In this document: piece after piece, positions 20,847-29,603 of the stretch
Position numbering within the stretch: position 1 is the first letter of the stretch
Layout of the letters: each line of letters starts with the position of its first letter
Origin: an uncultured Actinomycetota bacterium
GTDB lineage: Bacteria > Actinomycetota > Actinomycetes > CAVPEL01
Length of the DNA: 64,000 nt
Direction: 5' to 3'
Assembly (NCBI GenBank): GCA_963703505.1
Contig: CAVPEL010000001.1
Location: forward strand, 4,269 to 68,268
Notes under the pieces: model-generated
Told to the model about the DNA's origin: nothing
Databases searched by the model: none
What the model saw: only the letters and a program-made list of their open reading frames with translations
Program-made: the position numbers and the translations under genes

Positions 20847-21355
20847 GCCGGCGTGCGAGTCTTCCCGGAGCTGACGAGCTGTTCCGCGCCACGGCGGCGC
20901 CGGCGGAGCAGGAGGTGCGGGAGGAGGTGGCGCCGCCAGCACGCCCCGCGCCCGTGCAGTCAGAACCCGCACGGCCCGTCCCGGCTCGGGGTCGTGGTCC
21001 CGCGTCTGCGCCCGCGCCGGTCGTCGCGTTGGCGGCCCCCGCGGCGATCGAGGACGCCGGTCAGGAGCAGGAATGGGGCGAAGCGGACGTGCCTCGCAGC
21101 CGTCCGACCCGGCTGCGCGCCACGACGACTGACCGGCGACCGACCGGCCGTGAGCGTCACGACGAGAAGATCACGGTCTACGTCTCCGCCGAGGAACTCA
21201 TCGACCTGGAGCATGCGCGGCTGGCGCTGCGACGTGAGCACGGCCTCGCGATCGACCGTGGCCGGATCGTGCGTGAAGCACTGGCCGTCGTGCTCGCGGA
21301 CCTCGAAGCGAAGGGCGAATCCAGCATCCTCGTCCGCCGTCTACGCGGTCGTTGA
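20843..21355 (+). CDS. hypothetical protein with a disordered Pro/Ala/Arg-rich N-terminus and a C-terminal ribbon-helix-helix-like segment
   Basis: ATGA overlap with the parA-like gene. The C-terminus EKITVYVSAEELIDLEHARLALRREHGLAIDRGRIVREALAVVLADLE has a beta-strand plus two-helix pattern. Confidence 0.55.
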   Translation: MSRRASLPGADELFRATAAPAEQEVREEVAPPARPAPVQSEPARPVPARGRGPASAPAPVVALAAPAAIEDAGQEQEWGEADVPRSRPTRLRATTTDRRPTGRERHDEKITVYVSAEELIDLEHARLALRREHGLAIDRGRIVREALAVVLADLEAKGESSILVRRLRGR

Positions 21356-21361
21356 CCGTCG

Positions 21362-22081
21362 GTGCTCTTTGCACTCAGCCACCCGGGGGCACTGGTCCTG
21401 CTGGTGGTCTGCTTCGTCGTCGTCCTGGTCGTTCGTTCGTGGGCCCAACGCGCTGCGGTGAGCGTGATCTCCGGCCGGCCGCGATGGGCGCGTCGAAACG
21501 ATAAGTCGATGAAGACATTCATCGATCCGCATGGTGCGGTGGTCGCCCTGCTCGCAGGCATCGGCTGGGGTACACCGGCTCCAAGCAATGGATCTGTGGC
21601 AGGGGATGGCTCCAGGTACTCCCGCAGGGGAGCAGGTGCGACAAGGGCCAGGCAGAGTGCGATCCTGCTCGCCGGCCCCGCGGCCAACCTTGCGCTCGCA
21701 GGTGTCGCCCTGCTGGCTTTTCGGCTGGTCGGTGGCCCTGCGGCGCTACTTCGGGTCGTGACCGTGCCCGATGTGGTCCACGGTTCGGTCACTGGCCTCG
21801 CGGTCGGCCCGTTAGCCCTGTTGTTCTTGGGAGTGGTCAGCCTGTCGACCGCCTTGCTGGCACTCGTTCCGATCCCACCGCTCGACGGCGGCCGGCTGTT
21901 GTTCCTGCTCGGCGGTTCGAACCCGAGGTTGCGGCGCGCCGAGTACCAGCTGAGCGACCACAACTGGGGGACCGTCATCGTGCTGGTCTTGCTCCTGGTG
22001 CCACTTGCCGGTCAGGACGGGCTGCTCGTCGTTGGTGTCGATGCCGTTGCCCGGCCGCTTCTGTCTTTGGCTGCCGGGTAG
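21362..22081 (+). CDS. site-2 protease (M50)-like membrane protein lacking the HExxH motif
   Basis: Conserved LVPIPPLDGGRLLF motif and several TM helices. Where HExxH is expected, the sequence reads VVRSWAQRAAV. Confidence 0.55.
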   Translation: MLFALSHPGALVLLVVCFVVVLVVRSWAQRAAVSVISGRPRWARRNDKSMKTFIDPHGAVVALLAGIGWGTPAPSNGSVAGDGSRYSRRGAGATRARQSAILLAGPAANLALAGVALLAFRLVGGPAALLRVVTVPDVVHGSVTGLAVGPLALLFLGVVSLSTALLALVPIPPLDGGRLLFLLGGSNPRLRRAEYQLSDHNWGTVIVLVLLLVPLAGQDGLLVVGVDAVARPLLSLAAG

Positions 22082-22091
22082 CCGAATCGAT

Positions 22092-23043
22092 ATGCCGACA
22101 AAGCGAGACTCTGCCCTTCAGCGTGAGTCCAGGTACGGTTCGGCGGTGACTGATGTGATCGCCGCTGACGCCCCAGCCGGGCCGGCACCTGGCTTCGAGG
22201 TGCACCTCGACAACTTCGAGGGTCCGTTCGACCTGCTGCTCGGTCTCATCGGCAAGCACCAGCTGGACGTCACCGAGGTCGCCCTCTCCACAGTCACGGA
22301 CGAATTCATCGCGTTCATCCGGGCGCTCGGCTCGAGCTGGGACCTGGGGCAGGCCACGGAGTTCCTGGTCGTCGCGGCGACACTGCTCGACCTGAAGGCG
22401 GCGCGGCTGTTGCCGTCGGCCGAGGTCGAGGACCAGGAGGATCTCGCGCTCCTGGAAGCGCGTGACCTGCTGTTCGCGAGGCTGCTGCAGTACCGGGCGT
22501 ACAAGCAGGTCGGGGCGATCATCGAGCGGATGTTCCTCGAGGAGTCCCGGCGCCTGCCGCGGGACGTGGATCTGGAGCCGCGGTTCGCTGCGCTTCTGCC
22601 CTGAGGTGCTGATCGGGTTGGGCCCGTTCGAGTTCGCCGCCCTCGCAGCGCGCACGATGACGCCGAAGGCACCTCCCGTTGTGTCGCTGGATCACATCCA
22701 TGCACCTACGGTGAGCGTCCGGGAGCAGGCCGGCATTCTGGTCGACCGGTTGCGCCGCAATCAGGTCGCGACGTTTCGCAGCCTCACCGCTGACTGCGGA
22801 GCCACGGTCGAGGTGGTCGCCCGGTTCCTCGCGCTCCTCGAGCTGTTCCGCGAAGGTGTGGTTCATTTCGAGCAGGTGTCTCCGCTTGGTGAGCTGTACG
22901 TACGCTGGTCAGGTTCGGATGAGGACGAGCAGGCCCTGGGTGAAGGTGTGGGTGCCGAGTTCGACGAACAGGACGGTGGCACCGACGGTTCGACTCAGCG
23001 GGAGCCCGGTTCGGCGCTGCCCTCGATCGGCCAGGACGGATGA
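22092..23043 (+). pseudogene. scpA: segregation and condensation protein A; one frame change near 22600
   Basis: FEVHLDNFEGPFDLLLGLIGKHQLDVTEVALSTVTDEF, and later FLALLELFREGVV. ORFs 22005..22604 and 22462..23043 join. Confidence 0.9.
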
Positions 23044-23810
23044 GCCAGTTGTCCGCTCCCGGCGGGCACGCGAAGCCGCACGATGCCACACCACTCGAGG
23101 AAGGGCCCAGGACGATGCTCCAGAGCGACGCAGACGCCCTACGCGTCCATGATGATGGAGCGGGTGCGAAGGAACTAGGCGGGCCTGACATAACAGAGCC
23201 ATCAGAGGCATCTGACGAGTCATTCGCGGACGCTGCGGAGGTCCAGCCGCCAGAGGTCGAGTTGCCGTTGCGTCCTCTCCTCGAGGCCGTCCTCCTCGTC
23301 GTGGACGAACCGGCGACCGAGGTCGCGCTCGCCCAGGTGCTGGAGCGCCCGCAACAGGACGTCTCCGCGGCGCTCGTCGCGCTGGCCGCGGAGTACGACG
23401 GTGACAGCCGCGGTTTCGAGCTGCGCAAGGTGGCCGGCGGCTGGCGGCTGTACACCCGGCCCGAGTTCGCACCCTTCGTCGAACGCTTCTTGCTCGACGG
23501 GCAGCAGGCGCGCCTGACTCAAGCCGCTCTGGAGACGCTGAGCGTCGTGGCGTACCGGCAGCCGGTGAGCAGGATGCGGGTCTCCGCCGTGCGCGGAGTT
23601 AACGTTGATGGCGTCATGCGCACCCTGGTTTCTCGCGGACTGGTCGCTGAGGCTGGAACCGAACCGGAGTCGGGGGCGATCCTTTACCGCACGACCGATC
23701 TCTTCCTGGAGCGCCTCGGTCTGAACACGCTCGACGACCTGCCCGATTTGGCGCAGTTCTTGCCAGAGATAGAGACAATTGAAGGGCTAATCGACAATGC
23801 CTCAACGTGA
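23040..23810 (+). CDS. scpB: segregation and condensation protein B
   Basis: ATGA overlap with scpA. LEAVLLVVDEP..., GFELRKVAGGWRLYTRPEF and AALETLSVVAYRQPVSR. Confidence 0.9.
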   Translation: MSQLSAPGGHAKPHDATPLEEGPRTMLQSDADALRVHDDGAGAKELGGPDITEPSEASDESFADAAEVQPPEVELPLRPLLEAVLLVVDEPATEVALAQVLERPQQDVSAALVALAAEYDGDSRGFELRKVAGGWRLYTRPEFAPFVERFLLDGQQARLTQAALETLSVVAYRQPVSRMRVSAVRGVNVDGVMRTLVSRGLVAEAGTEPESGAILYRTTDLFLERLGLNTLDDLPDLAQFLPEIETIEGLIDNAST

Positions 23811-24564
23811 GGTTGAGCCGAAAGTCGGCGACACGTACAACAATGGTGTGCGCCTGCAGCGAGTGCTAGCCGAAGCAGGAGTGGGTAGCCGGCGGGCGTG
23901 CGAGCAGTTGATCGACGCCGGACGGGTGGAGGTCGACGGCAAGGTGATCGTCGTCCAGGGCGTCCGGGTGGACCCGGCGCGTGCGGTGATCAGGGTTGAC
24001 GGCATGCGGGTGATGGCCAGTGTCGACAAGACGTATCTGGCCCTCAACAAGCCACGGGGCATGGTCAGCACCATGTCTGACCCACAGGGCCGCCCATCGC
24101 TCGGCGACCTGGTGCGTGGACGCTCAGACCGGTTGTTCCACGTCGGCCGCCTGGATGCCGAGAGCGAAGGCCTGATCTTCCTCACGAACGACGGTGACCT
24201 GGCGCATCGGCTCTCGCACCCTTCCCACGGTGTCCAGAAGACGTATGTGGCAGAGGTACTCGGTCCGATCGCTCGCGACGTCGGACGCCAGCTCCGTGCG
24301 GGTGTCACGCTCGAGGACGGTCCGGTGGTGGTCGACGGCTTCCGCGTCGTCGGCCGGTCTGCGAACCGGGTGATGGTGGAGCTCGTCCTGCACGAAGGCC
24401 GGAACCACGTGGTGCGTCGGTTGATGGACGAGGTGGGCCACCCGGTGCTCCGTCTGGTGAGGACCTCCATCGGCCCCATCCGGCTCGGCGACCTGCGGCC
24501 CGGCAAGATCCGGCGTCTGACCGCGGAAGAGGTCGGCAAGCTGCACGACGCGGCGGGCGTCTGA
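23797..24564 (+). CDS. rluB: pseudouridine synthase (RluB/RsuA family)
   Basis: S4 domain RLQRVLAEAGVGSRRACEQLI and catalytic GRLDAESEGLIFLTNDG. Overlaps the scpB end by 14 nt. Confidence 0.9.
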   Translation: MPQREVEPKVGDTYNNGVRLQRVLAEAGVGSRRACEQLIDAGRVEVDGKVIVVQGVRVDPARAVIRVDGMRVMASVDKTYLALNKPRGMVSTMSDPQGRPSLGDLVRGRSDRLFHVGRLDAESEGLIFLTNDGDLAHRLSHPSHGVQKTYVAEVLGPIARDVGRQLRAGVTLEDGPVVVDGFRVVGRSANRVMVELVLHEGRNHVVRRLMDEVGHPVLRLVRTSIGPIRLGDLRPGKIRRLTAEEVGKLHDAAGV

Positions 24565-24602
24565 CTCTCGGCAGTTCTCCCGACCCCGCTCCTCGTAGTT
24601 GC

Positions 24603-24638
24603 GCCCCGGCGCTGTCTGGCTGACGGCGCCGGGGCTTT
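24603..24638 (+). terminator. GC-rich hairpin after rluB (intrinsic-terminator-like)
   Basis: GCCCCGGCGC (24603-24612) pairs with GCGCCGGGGC (24626-24635) around a 13-nt loop, followed by TTT. Confidence 0.55.
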
Positions 24639-24975
24639 CGCGTCCTAGGCGCTACCGGTAGTTCGCCCCCACGTGGTCATGGTGCGGTTCCGCTCGCACG
24701 CACGTGGCGGCTCGTCTACCACTCCCATGGCCGCATGTGGCCCCTGCGCCGTTGGTTGCATCTCTGCTGCCCGGAGCTGTCGCTGGCCGACGTGCACCGG
24801 TTGTGCCTGCTTGCCCAGTCGTGCAGGCGATCGGTCTGGCTTCTTGTGCACCTCTCGACGAACAGCCATCGCGATACATCTGGTTACCAATATGTCGACG
24901 TACCGCTATAGAGAGAGCACGACAAGGAGATGCATTGCCTTGACTGCTCCGACGGCTTGGTCCACGGCTGTCCCA

Positions 24976-25144
24976 GTCGGTGGCTACATCGCTGCCGTCC
25001 GTAGGACTGCGATCGATGTTTGTGCAGGTCAGAGTGATTCCGCAACGACAAGACAGTAAACCGATGAGTCGACATTCGCATGGATAGTCCGGTACTCGCT
25101 CACGGACCAGCCATCTCGATATGTCGATGTAGCCGGATACCGAC
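24976..25144. repeat. 16-bp interrupted inverted repeat enclosing 133 nt inside a low-GC non-coding island
   Basis: GTCGGT+GGCTACATCG (24976-24991) is complementary to CGATGTAGCC (25125-25134), then a GGAT bulge, then ACCGAC (25139-25144). Nested helices lie at 25004-25012/25076-25090 and 25087-25091/25103-25107. Confidence 0.6.
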
Positions 25145-25165
25145 ACACTGATTCAGCGATGACAC

Positions 25166-25189
25166 GCTACGACGACACGTCGCCGTAGC
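25166..25189. repeat. 24-bp near-palindrome
   Basis: GCTACGACGACACGTCGCCGTAGC pairs at 10 of 12 positions. It is flanked by the 8-bp inverted repeat CCGACACA (25140-25147) / TGTGTCGG (25208-25215). Confidence 0.6.
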
Positions 25190-25240
25190 TGCATCTCGAG
25201 GAGTCGTTGTGTCGGTAGGGTGATCTGCGGACCTGGAGAT

Positions 25241-25288
25241 GTCACGACTTGGGGACGTCGCTACTTGGGAACTTCGCGACTTAGGAAC
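25241..25288. repeat. three tandem 16-bp imperfect direct repeats
   Basis: GTCACGACTTGGGGAC / GTCGCTACTTGGGAAC / TTCGCGACTTAGGAAC. Neighbouring units match at 13/16 positions. Confidence 0.75.
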
Positions 25289-25309
25289 GAAGCCACCAAG
25301 CAGCCGCGA

Positions 25310-25834
25310 TCAACCGGCTTCACGATGAGGCGTGGGAAGGGGTAGCGAGTTGATAGCTCGACGGTGGTCGAGCGCGGGTACATCCACCTGCGCCGTCAAA
25401 CCTGCCCACGGAACCGCTGCCTGTGACAGCCACGTGGTGGGCAGCCGGCGAACAGTCGGCCTGGAACCGGCCGCCCGGACGGATGCCAATGCCAGGTGCG
25501 CAGCGGGTGGGATCGTTACCGGCGGCCCGTTCAGGCCCTCCGACACCGTCAGCCCCGTCAGCGCCCCAAGGCCCATGAGCACCACCGCGTCGCCCCGAAC
25601 GGTTCGGCGGCTGGCCGCCGAGTGTGCCCTTGTCCCGCGACGATCTGCGAGCACCGCTGCCACAACCACCAGTGCTAGCGCCATCGCCGTGACCAGTGGT
25701 GCAAGCGGTGCTGCCGAGACCAGTGGTACCGGTGGCAGCGGTGAGCGCGCCAGCGTCGGCACCCGTGGCGTCGGCGCCCGTGGTGCCAGGACCAGCACGG
25801 AACCGATCATGGCGGACAGCGGATGAACGCGCAC
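25310..25834 (-). CDS. doubtful hypothetical membrane protein
   Basis: ORF track only. There are two hydrophobic stretches. Sampled codon-position GC is compatible with the minus frame (about 85/60/85%) in one 60-nt sample but flat in another. Its 5' end overlaps the tyrA start. Confidence 0.3.
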   Translation of the reverse strand: MRVHPLSAMIGSVLVLAPRAPTPRVPTLARSPLPPVPLVSAAPLAPLVTAMALALVVVAAVLADRRGTRAHSAASRRTVRGDAVVLMGLGALTGLTVSEGLNGPPVTIPPAAHLALASVRAAGSRPTVRRLPTTWLSQAAVPWAGLTAQVDVPALDHRRAINSLPLPTPHREAG

Positions 25835-27025
25835 TCCAGCGAGCAGTTGTCCCAGCTGCCCGGTGCGGCATCAGGACCAGCTCGGGTGCCGGTTGGACCA
25901 GCTGCCGCCGCCCAGATGGCCGCGGCCAAGGGGAGCAAGGAACCGGCACGCCTGCGGAGTGTGGTCATCGTTGGCACTGGGCTCATCGGCACGTCGATCG
26001 GGCTGGCACTGCGTGGCAGCGGTGTCGATGTGGCCCTGGACGACGTCGACTTCACGAGAGTCGAGCTGGCGTCCTCGCTGGGCGCGGGACGCGCTCGGCA
26101 ACCGGGGGAGCGGTTCGACATCGCCGTTGCGGCGGTTCCCCCCGAAGGCGTCGCAAATGTGCTCATGCGCGCATTTGCTCTTGACCTGGCCCGGACATAT
26201 ACGGATGTCAGCGGCGTCAAGGCTGGACCTCTACGCGAAGTTGAATCACTGGGCATGGATATGTCCAGAATGGTTGGCGGGCATCCGATGGCGGGCAGGG
26301 AGCGATCTGGCCCCGCTGCTGCGCGCAGCGACCTGTTTCTGGGGCGGCCATGGGTCGTGGTGCCGTTGCCCGGATCGGCGCCCGACGCGGTCGAGTCGGT
26401 CCGGCTCCTCGCCCAGGCCTGCGGTGGGGTCGTCATCGAGATGGGAGCGGACGAGCATGACCAGGCGGCCGCGCTCATGTCCCACCTTGGGCACCTCGTG
26501 TCCACCCTCCTGGCAGCGCAGCTCCAAGGCGCGGACCAGAGCAGCGTCGATCTGGCCGGGCCCGGCGTACGCGACATGACCCGACTCGCGGCGGGCGATC
26601 CCGCGTTGTGGACCGAGCTCCTCAGCGCCAACGCCGAGCACGTGGCGGCTGCTCTACGCGGCTTCGGACGGGACCTCGACGCCACGGTGACCGCCCTGGA
26701 CCAGGTGAGGGCGGGCAGCCAGGCGGGGCGGGCAGCGCTGACCGACCTGTTGGTGGCAGGCGTGCAGGGGCGTGCACGGCTGCCTGGAAAGCACGGCCGG
26801 CAACCAGTCGGATGGGCCACGGTGGCGGTGGTCATCCCCGACTCCCCTGGCGAGCTCGCTCGCCTGCTGCACGCAGCAGGCGAGGCGGAGATCAACGTGG
26901 AGGACGTTGCGCTCGACCACGAGCCAGGTCGGATGGTGGGCCTAGCTGAGCTCTCGGTGAGCGCTGAAGTTGCTGAGACCCTGGTCGCGACCCTGCGGTC
27001 CCAAGGCTGGTCCGCGCACCTGTAG
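25823..27025 (+). CDS. tyrA: prephenate dehydrogenase (with C-terminal ACT-like domain)
   Basis: VVIVGTGLIGTSIGLAL NAD fold, GGHPMAGRERSG and ADEHDQAAALMSHLGHL. The start may be the internal ATG at 25916. Confidence 0.88.
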   Translation: MNAHSSEQLSQLPGAASGPARVPVGPAAAAQMAAAKGSKEPARLRSVVIVGTGLIGTSIGLALRGSGVDVALDDVDFTRVELASSLGAGRARQPGERFDIAVAAVPPEGVANVLMRAFALDLARTYTDVSGVKAGPLREVESLGMDMSRMVGGHPMAGRERSGPAAARSDLFLGRPWVVVPLPGSAPDAVESVRLLAQACGGVVIEMGADEHDQAAALMSHLGHLVSTLLAAQLQGADQSSVDLAGPGVRDMTRLAAGDPALWTELLSANAEHVAAALRGFGRDLDATVTALDQVRAGSQAGRAALTDLLVAGVQGRARLPGKHGRQPVGWATVAVVIPDSPGELARLLHAAGEAEINVEDVALDHEPGRMVGLAELSVSAEVAETLVATLRSQGWSAHL

Positions 27026-27228
27026 CCGGTTCGCACGCTTGAAGGGGTCCGGCCTGCGAGGCCCATCCCACGCACTCGTCGGCGCCAGAGATGGTTGGTG
27101 GGCGGTAGCCTTCAGGGGGCTCGCGCGCACCGCGGCACCTCGGCCACACCTGGCCATCAGCCCACAGCCCCGCCCGCCGCCGCGGCGGGTGGCGAGCCAG
27201 CTGCCCCCCGACGACCCTCTGGAGCATT

Positions 27229-27942
27229 GTGAGTCCCGAGCCCCGCTCCGCCGAAATCGGCCTCGACGACCTCGTGGTGGCCGTCGACGGGCCTTCGGGT
27301 ACGGGCAAGTCGACCGTTTCCCGGCAGGTGGCCGAACGCCTCGGCCTGCGGTACCTGGACACGGGCGCGATGTACCGGGCGCTGACCTGGTGGGTGCTCA
27401 AGCAAGGTGTCGACCCCGGCGACGTCGATCGTGTTGCCGTACTCGCTGGGTCGGTGCCCCTGGAGATCGGCACCGACCCCACGACGCCTGACGTCACGGT
27501 GGGCGACATCGACGTCGCGGTGGCCATCCGCGGGCCGGAGGTGACGGCAGCGGTCAGCGCCGTCAGCTCCGGCCCGGTCGCCCGGCAGCTGATGGTGGAC
27601 CGCCAGCGTGCGTTGATCGGGCGCGGCGGCATCGTCGTGGAGGGCCGCGACATCGGCACCGTTGTTGTGCCCGACGCGGCAGTGAAGATCTTCTTGACTG
27701 CCGCGCCGGAGGTCCGGGCGCTACGTCGCGCGAACCAGGACGTCGCCGGTGCTGCAGGCACGGTGTCATCGGCGGTGCTCGACCGCACGCGCGCCGACCT
27801 CGACCGTCGGGACGACTTCGACTCGAGCCGCAAGGCATCTCCGCTAGTGCAGGCGCCGGACGCGCTTGCGCTGGACACCTCTTCCATGGCCCTCGACGAC
27901 GTCGTCGCCGCGGTGCTTCAACTTGTCAAGGAGCGCACGTGA
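27229..27942 (+). CDS. cmk: (d)CMP kinase
   Basis: [20 protein letters not shown]-loop, LDTGAMYRA and GRDIGTVV. Confidence 0.95.
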   Translation: MSPEPRSAEIGLDDLVVAVDGPSGTGKSTVSRQVAERLGLRYLDTGAMYRALTWWVLKQGVDPGDVDRVAVLAGSVPLEIGTDPTTPDVTVGDIDVAVAIRGPEVTAAVSAVSSGPVARQLMVDRQRALIGRGGIVVEGRDIGTVVVPDAAVKIFLTAAPEVRALRRANQDVAGAAGTVSSAVLDRTRADLDRRDDFDSSRKASPLVQAPDALALDTSSMALDDVVAAVLQLVKERT

Positions 27943-29354
27943 GCGACGACCTGACCCGCTGGGTAGCCGAAGAGGCCGACGCGGCCATGGCCGCGGAGGT
28001 CATCGACGAGACCGACCTCGACCTGGGTCCGACACCCGGTCCTGGCGGTCGTCGGCCGGCCCAACGTCGGCAAGTCGACATTGGTCAACCGGATCCTGGG
28101 TCGTCGCGAGGCCGTCGTCGAGGACGTGCCAGGCGTGACCCGCGACCGGGTGGCCTACGACGCCACCTGGCGCGGTCGGCGGTTCACCGTGGTCGACACC
28201 GGGGGCTGGGAGCCGGACGCGACGGGGCTGCGGCACGGGTGGCCGGCCAGGCGGAGATGGCCGCGGCGGCCGCCGACGCCGTCCTGCTCGTCGTCGACGC
28301 CACGGTGGGCGCGACCGACACCGACGAGGCCGTCGTCAAGGTGCTGCGCCGCTCAGGCAAGCCGGTCGTCCTCGCGGCCAACAAGGTCGACGACACCCGC
28401 GGGGAGTCCGACGCGGCTGGGCTGTGGTCGCTCGGCCTTGGCCAGCCCTTCCCGGTCAGCGCCCTGCACGGGCGCGGCAGCGGTGACCTGCTCGACGCAA
28501 TCTTGGATGCGCTGCCCGAGGCGCCCAGCCGAGCGTTCGGCGACACCGGGCGGCCCGCGCCGGGTGGCGCTGCTGGGCAAGCCGAACGTCGGCAAGTCCG
28601 TCGCTGCTCAACCGGCTCACCGGCGAGGAGCGGTCGGTCGTGGACAGCGTCGCCGGAACGACACGCGACCCGGTCGACTCGCTCGTCGAGCTCGCTGGGA
28701 CGACATGGCGCTTTGTCGATACAGCGGGAATTCGCCGCCGGGTGCGCGAGGCGTCAGGCGCCGAGTACTACTCGAGCCTGCGGACGACGAGCGCGCTGGA
28801 GGCGGCCGAGGTGGCCGTCGTGCTCATCGACTCCAGCGAGCCGCTGACCGAGCAGGACCTGCGGATCATCTCGATGGTCGAGGAGTCCGGGCGCGCGCTG
28901 GTCCTGGCCTTCAACAAGTGGGACCTCATCGACGAGGACCGGCGCACGATGCTCGACCGGGAGATCGACCGCGAGCTGGCGCGGGTGCGCCTGGGCGCCG
29001 CGGGTCAACGTCTCGGCGAAGACCGGCCGCGCCGTCGACCGGCTCGCGCCCGCCCTCGAGCTGGCCCTGGACGGCTGGGAGCGGCGGGTGCCGACCGCGC
29101 GGCTCAACGCGTGGCTCGCCCAGGTCGTCGGGGCGACGCCGCCGCCGGTGCGCGGCGGCAAGCAGCCGAAGATCCTCTTCGCCACCCAGGCGCGACCATG
29201 CCCGCCGCGGTTCGTGTTCTTCGCGACCGGCTTCCTCGAGGCCGGGCTACCGCCGGTTCCTCGAGCGCCGGCTGCGCGAGGACTTCGGCTTCCCCGGGAC
29301 GCCGGTCGAGATCGCGTGCAGGTGCGCGAGCGCGAGCCGAAGAAGGCCCGTTAG
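27939..29354 (+). pseudogene. der: ribosome-biogenesis GTPase Der (EngA); about 7 frame changes as sequenced
   Basis: Two G domains ([18 protein letters not shown]; [14 protein letters not shown]-like, DTAGIR) and a KH-like C-terminus [18 protein letters not shown]. The frame changes near 28038, 28235, 28555, 28600, 28995, 29245 and 29315. Confidence 0.95.
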
Positions 29355-29425
29355 CCCCGCGCACGCGGCATCGCGCATGTTGCCGGTGGCGCGGCCAGTC
29401 GTCGCGCCGGTGAGGTAAAGTCTGC

Positions 29426-29446
29426 GTGCCTGGTCCGACCAGGCAC
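29426..29446 (+). terminator. 8-bp stem hairpin between der and tRNA-Pro
   Basis: GTGCCTGG tccga CCAGGCAC directly abuts the tRNA 5' end. No U tract, so it may be a processing element, not a terminator. Confidence 0.35.
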
Positions 29447-29520
<74 letters not shown>

Positions 29521-29603
29521 CCGCGTAAGTGGTCACCGGTAGACGCACGGGTAGCCGTTCGCCGCGAGCGGCTACCCCGCCCGTGGCGACGACGGGAGGG
29601 CGC

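Noticed and set aside
24930-25004. 24-codon Cys-rich ORF (MHCLDCSDGLVHGCPSRWLHRCRP) preceded by AAGGAG
   Set aside because: The Shine-Dalgarno-like AAGGAG abuts the ATG with no spacer. There is no codon bias, no neighbouring maturation or modification genes, and its 3' end is part of the long-range helix. It is more likely non-coding.
25084-25092. ATAGTCCGG resembling the RNase P RNA GAAAGUCCGG core
   Set aside because: None of the other RNase P conserved regions (such as the ACAGAA or GGGUAA-type elements) is present, and the length and architecture do not fit.
24652-25146. 164-aa and 128-aa ORFs covering the low-GC island on both strands
   Set aside because: The translations are rich in Cys, Arg, Ser and Thr with no hydrophobic periodicity. 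There is no GC3 enrichment in my position-wise counts, and no RBS.
25332-25826. 164-aa plus-strand ORF mirroring the minus-strand ORF 25310-25834
   Set aside because: It shares third-codon positions with the minus ORF, but its first and second position GC pattern is inverted (about 60/85%) relative to real genes. The product is Ser/Thr/Ala/Gly/Arg low complexity.
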